Position numbers and translations under genes: made by a program. This document shows positions 55,091-64,000 of a stretch of DNA of 64,000 nt, one piece after another. Position 1 is the stretch's first letter, and every line of letters starts with the position of its first letter. Below the pieces are notes generated by a model. The model worked only from the letters and a program-made list of their open reading frames with translations, made no database searches and was not told where the DNA came from. The DNA comes from an archaeon (lineage in GTDB: Archaea > Iainarchaeota > Iainarchaeia > Iainarchaeales > Iainarchaeaceae): NCBI GenBank assembly GCA_038046625.1, contig JBBSVV010000003.1:4017-68016 (forward strand). Direction: 5' to 3'.

Positions 55091-56059
55091 TTACTTCTTG
55101 TATTTGGTGAACTGCGCGAGCAGCGCCTCAAGTTGCACGCGCTCGTTTGCGCCCTCGACCATTCTGAAGTTGTATTCTCCGATTGTGTCAATCAGCTCTA
55201 TTTTTGTTTTTCCGGGGACTTCCTTCTCGTCCATCGCAATCAGTTCGCGGTGCAGCTGTGTAATCACGTCCTCGCCGCTCATGCCGTATTCGTAAAGCAG
55301 TTTATCGAGCAATGCCCGCGCTTCGAGGAATTTTCCGCTCAAGGCAACTTTGATGAGTTCCTTGACTTCATCCGGCCTCGCTTTTGCGCTGACCTCGTAG
55401 ATTGTTTTGTCCGTGATTTTGTGGGCTGTTGTTGCCGAGGCCTGGAGCACGTTGATTGCTTTTCTCAAATCCCCTTGGCTCACGTAAATTATTGCCTCAA
55501 TCGCTTCATTGCTCAAATCTATTTTTTCGTTTTCGGCAACCCCTTTCACGCGCTCGCCGATGTCCTTTGAGGAGAGCTGGTTGAACCTGAAAATGACGCA
55601 CCTCGATTGTATCGGTTCAATGAGCTTGCTCGAAAAGTTGCAACTGAGTATGAACCTGCACGTGCGTGAGTACATTTCCATTGTCCTTCTCAGTGCTTGC
55701 TGTGCGTCAAAGGTTAGCGCGTCGCTTTCGTCCAGAAAGATTATTTTGAACCCGAAGTTGAATGCGAGTGTTCGCGCAAAGTTTTTGATGGTGTCCCTGA
55801 CCACGTCAATGCCCCTTTCATCGCTGGCGTTCAGTTCCAAAAAATTCTGGGAAAAATTTTCCTTGAAGAATTCCTTGGCCATGGAAACAGCCGCGGAGGT
55901 TTTGCCTACTCCCGCGGGTCCTGAAAACATGAGGTTCGGCATCGTGTTGTTCTGCACGTAGGTTTGCAGCCTTTGCGTGATGTTTTTCTGCCCCACCACC
56001 TCGCTCAGTTTTTTTGGCCTGTATTTTTCAATCCAGGGGAGCTCTATGCCTACGTCCAT
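55091..56059 (-). CDS. rfcS: Replication factor C small subunit
   Basis: PWIEKYRP, GPAGVGKT, ELNASDERG, LDESD, AQQALRRTME, IQSRC; no intein. Confidence 0.95.
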   Translation of the reverse strand: MDVGIELPWIEKYRPKKLSEVVGQKNITQRLQTYVQNNTMPNLMFSGPAGVGKTSAAVSMAKEFFKENFSQNFLELNASDERGIDVVRDTIKNFARTLAFNFGFKIIFLDESDALTFDAQQALRRTMEMYSRTCRFILSCNFSSKLIEPIQSRCVIFRFNQLSSKDIGERVKGVAENEKIDLSNEAIEAIIYVSQGDLRKAINVLQASATTAHKITDKTIYEVSAKARPDEVKELIKVALSGKFLEARALLDKLLYEYGMSGEDVITQLHRELIAMDEKEVPGKTKIELIDTIGEYNFRMVEGANERVQLEALLAQFTKYKK

Positions 56060-56119
56060 TATTGGATGTGAAATCATAATAGTTTTAAACCGATTCGCAC
56101 CCCTTTTAGTAGGTTTTTC

Positions 56120-56641
56120 ATGGATTCGAAGCACCTAAAGGTTTTGTTTGTTTTCGCGCTTGTGTATGCCGCGCTTTATGCGCTTGGAATGATAATCGGG
56201 CCCCTGCAGGACTGGAATTTTTCCCTTGATTTTTCGAGGCTTGATTACACGCTTTACTTCCTGCCGATTGCTGGGTTCTTTTTTGTGTATTTGCTGGTCC
56301 CATGGATGCGCGAGGAGCTCGGCTTTGGAAACACCTTCCTGTACATTTTTCCGGCGCTTTTAGCGGTCTTTTCCTACATTGCTTTTGTGGTTGCGGTTTA
56401 CTATTATTTCGGGAACCAGGCCTCGCTTTCCGGGGTCGACATTTCGGTTTTCCGCCTGGATTATTTTTCGCTTTTCCTCCAGTCCTCTTACATTTACTTT
56501 GTGCTTGCCGGAATAGGCGGCTGGGCCGCGCGCATGCTGATTGAGAATTTCGATGAAATGCCCAAGGAAAAAGGTTCGGGGAAAAAATCCCGCGGCGAAG
56601 GCGGGCACGAAATCAGCTCGAAACTTATTACAGGTGATTAA
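56120..56641 (+). CDS. Hypothetical membrane protein
   Basis: About 4 TM helices. Confidence 0.65.
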   Translation: MDSKHLKVLFVFALVYAALYALGMIIGPLQDWNFSLDFSRLDYTLYFLPIAGFFFVYLLVPWMREELGFGNTFLYIFPALLAVFSYIAFVVAVYYYFGNQASLSGVDISVFRLDYFSLFLQSSYIYFVLAGIGGWAARMLIENFDEMPKEKGSGKKSRGEGGHEISSKLITGD

Positions 56642-56644
56642 CCC

Positions 56645-57934
56645 ATGAGAATTCACGTGGAGGGCTATGGCTGTTCCATGAATCTCGCGGAAACCGAGAT
56701 GATTCGCGGCCACGCGAAGGAAAACGGCGCCTCTATTGGCTCTGTTTCGGATTCTGATTTTCTTGTTGTGAACACTTGCGCTGTGAAGGAGCAGACCGAA
56801 TTCAAGATGTTGGGCAGGATACGCAAACTCAATCAGGCCGCGGAAAAAAATGGTTCGCAGCTCATTGTTTTCGGGTGCCTGCCGAAAGTCAGCCCGCATC
56901 TGATAGAGGGGATCTCGCCCAACATAATCCAAATGGGCCCGGACCTTGAAAAGCTTTCCCAGGTTCTCGGAATAAAGGAGGCGCCTTTCTCGCCTTCAAT
57001 CAATGCTTTGCGTGACAATCCTAACGTAACCATAATGCCGATAAACAGGGGCTGCACAAATTTCTGCACTTTCTGCGGCACCAAGTTCGCGAGGGGCAAC
57101 GTGAATAGCTTTCCCATTGAGCATTTGAAGCGGCGTTTTGTTTCTTCGCTTCCTGATTCAAGGGAATTCTGGCTCACGAGCCAGGACACGGGCGCCTATG
57201 GCCTTGACATTGGAACCTCGCTCCCTGAATTGCTGCGCGGGCTTCTCTTGGTTCAGGGCGAGTACAGGATAAGGATAGGGATGATGAATCCGCATCACCT
57301 GAGGCGCATTTATGATTCGCTTGTGCCGCTTTTTTCCGATGGCCGCGTTTACAGGTTCCTGCACGTTCCGTTGCAGGCGGGCTCCAACAGGATACTTGCC
57401 TTGATGCGGCGCGGCTACACTGTTGAACAGTACTATGAACTAATTGGGGATCTTCGCAGGGATGTTCCGGACATTACCATTGCTACGGATGTGATTGCGG
57501 GCTTTCCAACGGAAACGGAGGCGGAATTTTCTGAAACCCTGAAGGCAATAAAGGAAACCTCGCCGGATATCGTGAACATTTCCAGGTTCGGCGCGAGGCC
57601 CGGAACAATTGCTGCTTCGATGGATGGGCAGCTGCACGGCCGCATAAAGAAGGAGCGGAGCAGGAGGCTTGCCTCGCTGTGCAGGGCAATTTCTTTCAGG
57701 CAGAACGGGCGCATGCTCGGCAAAACTGAAAGGGTTTTTGTGAGCGAGGAAGGGGTAAAGGGCAGGTTTATGGGCAGGTCCTCAAACTACAAGCCCGTAA
57801 TCATAAGCGAGGATTTAAGGGGCAAATTTGCTGATGTGGAGATAACCTCGGTTTTTCCCACTTACCTCGAGGCGAAGGTAATTTCAGCCGAAAGGGAAAA
57901 GCCTGTTCTCAGGGGCTTGTTGGCTGCCAAATGA
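56645..57934 (+). CDS. tRNA methylthiotransferase (MiaB-like; probably the t6A37 MtaB/CDKAL1 type)
   Basis: YGCSMN, NTCAVK, GCL, GCTNFCTFC, SQDTGAYG, C-terminal TRAM. Confidence 0.9.
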   Translation: MRIHVEGYGCSMNLAETEMIRGHAKENGASIGSVSDSDFLVVNTCAVKEQTEFKMLGRIRKLNQAAEKNGSQLIVFGCLPKVSPHLIEGISPNIIQMGPDLEKLSQVLGIKEAPFSPSINALRDNPNVTIMPINRGCTNFCTFCGTKFARGNVNSFPIEHLKRRFVSSLPDSREFWLTSQDTGAYGLDIGTSLPELLRGLLLVQGEYRIRIGMMNPHHLRRIYDSLVPLFSDGRVYRFLHVPLQAGSNRILALMRRGYTVEQYYELIGDLRRDVPDITIATDVIAGFPTETEAEFSETLKAIKETSPDIVNISRFGARPGTIAASMDGQLHGRIKKERSRRLASLCRAISFRQNGRMLGKTERVFVSEEGVKGRFMGRSSNYKPVIISEDLRGKFADVEITSVFPTYLEAKVISAEREKPVLRGLLAAK

Positions 57935-57969
57935 GCAAATATGCTATAATTTTAGCCTTAAGGATTTAT

Positions 57970-58130
57970 GAGGCATCAATGATGCCTCGGCAACCGCTCC
58001 TTCAACGAATTGAACAATGGGAGAAAAGGCCGCAAATATTCATTTGTTCAATTCGTTGCCGGCGAGCACCCTTCCAGAACGGAGTTCTGGGGGCCTCGCA
58101 AAGCAATTGCTTTGCAAGGTGGCCGGGGTG
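57970..58130 (+). repeat. Composite structured element (modules shared with 60558-60610, 34271, 22381)
   Basis: GAGGCATC/GATGCCTC; CAACGAATTGAACA..ATATTCATTTGTTCAATTCGTTG; CCTTCCAGAAC..GTTCTGGGGG CCTCGCAAAGC..GCTTTGCAAGGT. Confidence 0.8.
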
Positions 58131-58177
58131 AATGTTTTTAATATCTTCCAAATACACGTATTTCAGGGTTTATTGGC

Positions 58178-58927
58178 ATGGATTTGCGCGGAGCATTGAA
58201 CAGGTATCTGAAGAATTTTTCCACTGCATTTTCTTTCGTTTTGCTTTTGGTGTTCGTTCTTCCATTCATTCTTGGCAAGGAGGGCGAGTTTCTTGCGAGT
58301 TCCTTTGTTTCCTCGGCAACCGTTTTCATTGACTATGGGTTCATCAACGAGCCGCTTCTTAACTCGGCCCTTCTTCTCGCGCTGGCGTTTGTTTTCCTTT
58401 TCTGCTACTCCGTGCTTGTCTGCCTAATGGTTCTTGCGGTGAGAGGCGATTTGAGCAACGTGAAGATGAATAATTACCTCGCGGAAAAAATCGGGAAGTT
58501 CGCTTTCAGGTACTTCAGGTTCCTCGCGCTCTTCACGATTATTGCGTCCATTGCGGGGGCAATTCTCATTGCTTACGGTCTGCCTATCTGGGTGCTGAAT
58601 TTGCTGCTGATGTTTTTGTCGGCTTCGTTCCTTTTCTTGCCCCAGACAATCGTGGTTGATGAGGAAAGCCTGGGCAGCTCCATTTTCAGGAACTGGGACT
58701 TCATTTCGAAGAACATGTTTTCTTTTGTGCAGGTCCTGGCCCTCGGAGTCGTGAGCCTGTTCCTGCTCCAGCTCATAGAATTTGCCCTTGATTACTTCTT
58801 TTTTGTCGGGAGCTTCGTTTCCCTGCTCATCGGGGTTGTTTTCCTCGTGCCTTTCATCGAGGTGGTGAAGACACAGATTTACATGCACCGGTTCGGCCTG
58901 ATCAAGAGCTATCATCCTTCAGGCTGA
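58178..58927 (+). CDS. Hypothetical multi-pass membrane protein
   Basis: About 6 hydrophobic helices. Confidence 0.7.
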   Translation: MDLRGALNRYLKNFSTAFSFVLLLVFVLPFILGKEGEFLASSFVSSATVFIDYGFINEPLLNSALLLALAFVFLFCYSVLVCLMVLAVRGDLSNVKMNNYLAEKIGKFAFRYFRFLALFTIIASIAGAILIAYGLPIWVLNLLLMFLSASFLFLPQTIVVDEESLGSSIFRNWDFISKNMFSFVQVLALGVVSLFLLQLIEFALDYFFFVGSFVSLLIGVVFLVPFIEVVKTQIYMHRFGLIKSYHPSG

Positions 58928-60467
58928 GCTTTACGGCCGGGCAGTCGTTCAGCAATTCAAGCGCCTCCTTCATTGTTTCGGCCACGTAAACAAACCCGTA
59001 TTTTCTCTTTTGCCTTGTGCCCCTCATGCTGAACAGCATTTCCTGCACCAGTTTTCTGTCCTCGTGCAGGCCGAACCTGCGTTCGGCTTCAGGTTCCGGC
59101 ATTTCCATTGCGGCCAGGTTGTGCCTGTGAATCAGCGCAATTATGTCGTCCGCGAGCTTCGGCGCGTCCGCAACGCCCATTGTTTCGGCGCAGCGCTTTA
59201 TTCCGGCAAGGCTTACAGCGCCAAGGCTTTTCAGGAGCATCCATTCCTCGAAGTAAGGCCTTGCCTTCAGCCCCTCCTTTTTCTTTTCGCATAATCCTGA
59301 AATTTTTTCCGCAATAATCTCCAGCCTTTCAATGAAGCGCTCCTCGTTTCCTGATTCCAAAGCTATTTTTTCCAGGTTTATTGCGGTGAGCTGAAGTACG
59401 CCGTCCGCGTTCCCGGTCAATACTCCAAACTGGTACGCGGTGGTTTTTTCGCTTGAGTTGTTCAGCACCAGTGCGTTGTTGAGGCCGCTTTTTTCGAGCA
59501 GCTTGAGCTGGTACTTGGAGTCGATTGATACGCTAAGTTCGAACTCTTCCGGGTTCGAGGAAAGCAGCATTGCCGCAATGGCAGTCGCGTTCTCCTTTCT
59601 CTTTGAAAGGCCTTCCCATTCGTAGCCGCTGAAGAGCGCAAGTTCGGCGCAGCGCTTCCCCGTAATAGAGAATATTTTTTCTGTCTCCAAGATTTCTTCG
59701 CGGAGTTTCCTCGGGTTCACGGGCTTTTCCGGCGCGATGGAAAAATTGAATGCCTTCAGCGTAACCGGGTTCGTGCAGAACCTGTCGAGTTTTGCGGCCT
59801 CGACAGGCGTCGCATAAGTTTTTTCCCCTGCAAAGAATTTCGAGTGCGCAAAAGTTTTCGTGGAAAAATCTTCGGCACCGTAAATGTGTATCGTGCCGTT
59901 GAAATGCAGTTCCCTCGCGTCCTTTGTTATGGCTGAGAGCCAGTTGTACTCCCTGAGTATTTCCCTGTCCTCGAACAATCCTGCGTTCAGCCTCTTTTTC
60001 ACCTCGAATACCGGGAGGCCGAGGCGCACGTACTGGCCGTGTATCGGCTCGTGGCCGTATTCAAGCAGCTTCACGTTCACCATTTCGCGTATTATATGGG
60101 TGTTCAGATACCCTATTTTCAGGTCCTTTATCTTGTCCTCCACTTCGCTCCCGATTTTTTCTGCAACGTGCCTGCTGATGCCTGTTTCCTTGAGCAGCGA
60201 CTTGATTATGTTGCCGCGGTCGAAAGACTCGAGCTTTTCGCGTGAAGTGAATACCTTGAGTTCCTCGAATGAAATGAATGTTTTTGCCGCCTCGGGATTG
60301 AGCTTTTCGAGCGTTTCCGCGGCCTTTCTCCTGAGCTGCTTTTCCCCGCCTTCAAAAGATTCGAGCTCCTTGATTACCTTCACCACTTCCCACTTAGTGG
60401 CGCCGCTCTCCTGGCATTCGAACGCTATCCTCTGTATTACTTCGCTGATGGGTTTTTTCTCTTCCAC
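58902..60467 (-). CDS. ATP-cone protein resembling a truncated, degenerate class III ribonucleotide reductase (NrdD)
   Basis: ESFDRGNIIKSLLKETG...IREMVNVKLLEYG ATP cone, RLGLPV, LHFNGTIHI; no glycyl-radical C-terminus; probable GTG start. Confidence 0.6.
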   Translation of the reverse strand: MEEKKPISEVIQRIAFECQESGATKWEVVKVIKELESFEGGEKQLRRKAAETLEKLNPEAAKTFISFEELKVFTSREKLESFDRGNIIKSLLKETGISRHVAEKIGSEVEDKIKDLKIGYLNTHIIREMVNVKLLEYGHEPIHGQYVRLGLPVFEVKKRLNAGLFEDREILREYNWLSAITKDARELHFNGTIHIYGAEDFSTKTFAHSKFFAGEKTYATPVEAAKLDRFCTNPVTLKAFNFSIAPEKPVNPRKLREEILETEKIFSITGKRCAELALFSGYEWEGLSKRKENATAIAAMLLSSNPEEFELSVSIDSKYQLKLLEKSGLNNALVLNNSSEKTTAYQFGVLTGNADGVLQLTAINLEKIALESGNEERFIERLEIIAEKISGLCEKKKEGLKARPYFEEWMLLKSLGAVSLAGIKRCAETMGVADAPKLADDIIALIHRHNLAAMEMPEPEAERRFGLHEDRKLVQEMLFSMRGTRQKRKYGFVYVAETMKEALELLNDCPAVKLSLKDDSS

Positions 60468-60520
60468 AGATGCTTTTAGTTCAAAAAAGTTCTTTAAATT
60501 GCCGCATCCTCTTGTATTTT

Positions 60521-60641
60521 TTACTATCGAGCCCTCAAAAGGCGAAGATAGTTGCCCCAACGGGTCGGCAGCAAGAAATGTTGGGCGTATATTCATTTGT
60601 CGACCCGTTGTCCGCCGTGGGCCTGCGGCGCGAAACTGTTG
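60521..60641 (-). repeat. Family A structured element (longest copy)
   Basis: Minus: CAACAGTTTCG CGCCG..CGGCGG CAACGGGTCG..CGACCCGTTG GGGCAA CTATCTTCGCC..GGGCTCGATAGTAA. Confidence 0.88.
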
Positions 60642-60713
60642 TTCGGAAACTTAACTTTTTAATGCCTTGGGTGTTTGAATAGTAAATAGGCTGTTTTTGC
60701 GGGGGTTTTATTC

Positions 60714-61187
60714 GTGGAGGTGCTTGACAAGATTGACCACAAGATTATCCAGTTGCTTCTCGAGGATGGGCGCGCGTCGTTCAGCACAATTGCAAAGGAC
60801 GTGAAGCTCACGGATGTCGCGATAAAGAAGCGTTTCGAGCGCCTCAAGAGGCGCGGCGTGATTACCGCGATTTCCGCGGATTTGAACCTCAGGGCCCTTG
60901 GCTATGAAAACCCGATTTTTGTCCAGATAAGGAGCGAGCTCTCGAAGAACAAGGATGTCGTGAAAAAGCTCAAAGAGCTGGATTACATACTCGAGCTGCA
61001 TCAGGTTCTCGGCGAATACAACCTTGTCGCGAAAATTGTTGTTCCCGACCTTGATTCCGCGGAAAAGTTTGTGGAGCGCCTCGGAACCATTGACGGCGTT
61101 CTCGACATCAAAACCCTTGTCGTGATTTCCGAAGTGAAAAAGTCAAAGTCGCTTCCTTCATTTTCATTCCAGAAGAAGCTCGCGTGA
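60714..61187 (+). CDS. Lrp/AsnC family transcriptional regulator
   Basis: LDKIDHKIIQLL.EDGRASF..IA...R..RL...GVI; GEYNL. Confidence 0.92.
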   Translation: MEVLDKIDHKIIQLLLEDGRASFSTIAKDVKLTDVAIKKRFERLKRRGVITAISADLNLRALGYENPIFVQIRSELSKNKDVVKKLKELDYILELHQVLGEYNLVAKIVVPDLDSAEKFVERLGTIDGVLDIKTLVVISEVKKSKSLPSFSFQKKLA

Positions 61188-61265
61188 GATTTTGAATTCA
61201 GTTTTTTTGTGGTTCTTTTAAAAATTTGTTGATGCCACAAATCTTCTTTATTTGGGTCGGGGTGA

Positions 61266-63356
61266 TTGGCTTTGCTGAAAATGATTATTGCGGAAAAGGC
61301 AATTGCCGGGCAGACAATTGCCTCGATTCTCGCGGGCAAAAGCGTTGCCGCCTCGAGCGTTGGCTCGGCGCAGGCATTCCGGTTCAAGGCAAACGGAAAT
61401 GACTGCATTGTTTTTCCCCTGCGCGGCCACATAAGCGATGTCGAGTTCCCAAAGAAGTACAGTTACTGGGTCGGCACGGATTTGAAGAAGCTGCTTCACG
61501 CCGAAATAGAGTACGCGGGAAAGGAAACCGCAATCATTGCCGGCCTGAAGGGCATTGCAAAGGAATGTGATGAGGTAATTATTGCGACCGATGCCGACCG
61601 CGAGGGCGAAAGCATAGGCGTCGAGGCCCTGAATTACCTGAAAGAGGCTAACCCCAAAATAAAATTCAAGCGCGCCTATTTCTCCGCAATCACAAAGAAG
61701 GACATTGACAAGGCATTTTCAAGCCTCTCTGAGGTTGACTATAATTTCGCTGATTCCGCGGACTCGCGGCGCGAAATAGATTTGATTTGGGGCGCCGTGC
61801 TCACGAGATTCATTTCCCTTGTTTCGGGGAAGCTTGGCAAGGATTATTTGAGTGTTGGCCGCGTCCAGACGCCCACGCTTGCAATCATAGTAAATAGGGA
61901 GAAGGAGCGCCTTGCATTCAAGGTGAAGCCGTACTGGGAGGTGCTCGCGCACTTCAAAAAGGATTCCATTGCCTTTGTTGCCGGGCACAAGAACGGGAAG
62001 TTCTGGGCAAAGGATGGGGCGGAAAAAATTGCGAAGCTCAAGGTCCGGTTCGGAATTGTAAAATCCATCAAGAGTTCCAGGCGCACTTTAAGCAGGCCCA
62101 CTCCTTTCAATACAACTGATTTTCTGAGGCAGGCGACCACACTCGGTTTTTCCGCGAGCCAGGCAATGGAGATTGCCGAAGGCCTGTACCAGCAGGGCTT
62201 CACTTCCTATCCGAGAACGGATAACACGGTTTATTCCGCAACCCTTGACTTAAAGGAAATTCTTTCGGAAATGGCGAAGGTTCCCGAATTTTCGAAGGAT
62301 GCAAACGCATTTCTCGCCAAGGGCGTGCTGAATCCTTCGCGCGGAAAAAAGGAAACCACGGACCACCCTCCGATACACCCGGTTACCGCGGCACCGAAAT
62401 CGAAGCTTAGCGAGAGGCAGTGGAAAATTTATGAATTGATTGTGAGGCGCTTCTTTGCAACTCTTAGTGAAGATGCGGTCACTGAAAACATGGCCGTTGA
62501 CATTGATGTTGAGAAAGAGCCGTTTGTTGCGCACGGCCAGAAGATTGTGAAAGCCGGCTGGAAGGACGTTTATCCGTACTCGGGCATTTCAGAAGTTTTT
62601 TTGCCTCCGCTTTCCGAGGGTGAAAAGGTCGGGCTTGAAAAGCTTGATTTGCTTTCAAAGGAAACCCAGCCGCCTTCACGCTACAGCGAATCAACACTCA
62701 TAAAGCTGATGGAGGACCTTGGCATTGGCACGAAGAGCACGAGGCACACGATAATACAGAAGCTCTTCGCGAGGCATTACATAATGGGGAGCAAGGCAAT
62801 TGAGCCGAACAAAATAGCGTTTGCGGTTGTGGATGCGCTTGAAAAGAACGAGGTGGCTGCGGTAAAGCCTGAGATGACCGCCGAACTGGAAAAGGAAATG
62901 GACCAGATTGCGGCGGGCAAGAAAACAAAGGCCGAGGTGGTAGAGGGATCGCGGGAACTTTTGGGAAAAATACTTGAAAGGATGCTTGAGAACAAGGATA
63001 AAATCGGTTCGCATTTGAGGGAAGCGTTGCGTGAGGACTCGATTGTCGGCAAGTGTGACAAATGCGGCGGCCAATTGAGGATGCTAATGAGCAGGAACAA
63101 GAAGCGCTTCCTCGGCTGCACTAATTATCCGAAGTGCACGAACACTTATCCGTTGCCGCAGAAGGGGAAAATTGTTCCCACAAGCAACTTGTGCGGGAAA
63201 TGCGGAACCCCGGTCATAAAGGTTTTTGGGCAAAGGTACCGGTTTGAAATGTGCGTGAACCCGAACTGTGAAACCAAGGCACAGTGGAAGGCGCAGAAGG
63301 AAAAGGCTGCGGCAGCAAAAGAAAATAAAATCGAGGGTGCGCAAACTGTTTCGTGA
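61266..63356 (+). CDS. topA: DNA topoisomerase type IA
   Basis: IAEK, LRGHI, ATDADREGE, SVGRVQTPTL, SYPRTD, HPPIHP, GIGTKSTR, C-terminal Zn ribbons. Confidence 0.96.
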   Translation: MALLKMIIAEKAIAGQTIASILAGKSVAASSVGSAQAFRFKANGNDCIVFPLRGHISDVEFPKKYSYWVGTDLKKLLHAEIEYAGKETAIIAGLKGIAKECDEVIIATDADREGESIGVEALNYLKEANPKIKFKRAYFSAITKKDIDKAFSSLSEVDYNFADSADSRREIDLIWGAVLTRFISLVSGKLGKDYLSVGRVQTPTLAIIVNREKERLAFKVKPYWEVLAHFKKDSIAFVAGHKNGKFWAKDGAEKIAKLKVRFGIVKSIKSSRRTLSRPTPFNTTDFLRQATTLGFSASQAMEIAEGLYQQGFTSYPRTDNTVYSATLDLKEILSEMAKVPEFSKDANAFLAKGVLNPSRGKKETTDHPPIHPVTAAPKSKLSERQWKIYELIVRRFFATLSEDAVTENMAVDIDVEKEPFVAHGQKIVKAGWKDVYPYSGISEVFLPPLSEGEKVGLEKLDLLSKETQPPSRYSESTLIKLMEDLGIGTKSTRHTIIQKLFARHYIMGSKAIEPNKIAFAVVDALEKNEVAAVKPEMTAELEKEMDQIAAGKKTKAEVVEGSRELLGKILERMLENKDKIGSHLREALREDSIVGKCDKCGGQLRMLMSRNKKRFLGCTNYPKCTNTYPLPQKGKIVPTSNLCGKCGTPVIKVFGQRYRFEMCVNPNCETKAQWKAQKEKAAAAKENKIEGAQTVS

Positions 63357-63399
63357 ACAACCAAAAATAATCTGCTGCCTTCATGCGTGGGCAATTCAC
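63354..63399 (+). repeat. 46-bp repeat resembling an IS200/IS605 right end
   Basis: Second copy of 24945-24990. Confidence 0.7.
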
Positions 63400-63732
63400 A
63401 TAAAAATTTTTATTGCAGCAAACCAATAAAGTAATTCGGCGGATTTTCAGCGTGTACCTTATTTCTGAAAAATCGGTTTCTGCAAAATCTTTTTTAGGAT
63501 TGGAGTTGGGAACGGGGTTCTTTTTTTCTTCAATTAGCTTGGTGAGCCTAACCCCGCTCCAAACTTGTTTGGTTGGATTCACTTTTTAGGATTGGATCCC
63601 CCCGGATTTTCTGTCCAAACTAATAAGGTGCCGTCCAGCTTTTTATAAATTCGTTGAATTTGGCTGTGAGTTTTGTATACTGATTATTAAATTGAATGTA
63701 CTTTTGGTATATTGTTGTTCATGTCTTCTGTA

Positions 63733-64000
63733 ATGCGCTTGGATGATGAAATCAGGCTCAAAATTCTCTCCGCCCTGCTCAAACAAAATTCGGTTTCCCC
63801 GAACATCAGGCAGCTGCAGCGCTACACGGGCTACCACAAGGCAACCATAAAGTCCTCGCTGGATTTCCTTTCGAAGGAGGGCTTGCTCATGGGCTTTGGG
63901 CCTAAATTTGATTTCCAGAAGTTCGGGTACAGGCTCGAGGTGCTGAGCTTTTTCCAGGCCGACCTCACTCAGAAGGGGCTTTTCGCAAAATTTTTGGCGG
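63733..64000 (+). CDS. Lrp/AsnC-like HTH protein (runs off window)
   Basis: MRLDDEIRLKILSALL...IRQLQRYTGYHKATI..SL..L.KEG...DFQKFGY. Confidence 0.65.
   Translation, partial: MRLDDEIRLKILSALLKQNSVSPNIRQLQRYTGYHKATIKSSLDFLSKEGLLMGFGPKFDFQKFGYRLEVLSFFQADLTQKGLFAKFLA

Noticed and set aside
55091..56059. Intein in RFC small subunit (a common host)
   Set aside because: The sequence is continuous through Walker A, NASD and SCN sites
12800..60641. Family A as CRISPR repeats, hammerhead ribozyme, group I/II intron or SECIS
   Set aside because: Copies are dispersed, not arrayed; CGAAAC lacks the CUGANGA partner; only fragmentary resemblance to intron P7/DV motifs; no in-frame UGA selenoprotein seen
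63214..63582. 122-aa minus ORF
   Set aside because: Overlaps the topA end and the repeat, with no recognisable motifs

Overview
A gene-dense archaeal chromosomal segment. The gene set (archaeal DnaG, Hjc, NurA-HerA, Rad50, Rpo6, S17e, aEF-1beta, CCA enzyme, Taw3, Elp3, pelota, ABCE1, RFC-S, Nre, topoisomerase IA, a class III-pilin/Tad cluster) plus bacterial-type ThrS and iPGM suggests a DPANN/Nanobdellati archaeon, possibly Iainarchaeota (inference, no search run). There are 4 intact tRNAs (Gly-TCC, Gly-GCC, Val-TAC, Arg-TCG), two free-standing LAGLIDADG ORFs whose stop codons lie inside tRNA D-arms, two LAGLIDADG inteins (HerA, pilus ATPase) and two toxin-antitoxin pairs. The most striking pattern is a recurring insertion architecture: an orphaned 5' end of a gene, then cargo, then a diverged or synonymously recoded replacement 5' end that restores the gene. 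It is seen at pth2 (cargo RHH-MazF), tRNA-Arg (cargo hairpin + LAGLIDADG) and rli/ABCE1 (cargo a structured non-coding element), with shorter junction duplications at three or four operon stop/start overlaps. A dispersed, modular family of covarying hairpin elements (core CAACAGTTTCG...CTATCTTCGCC-n-GGCTCGATAGTAA) accompanies several of these sites. All calls are by eye from the sequence and ORF track; nothing was run.
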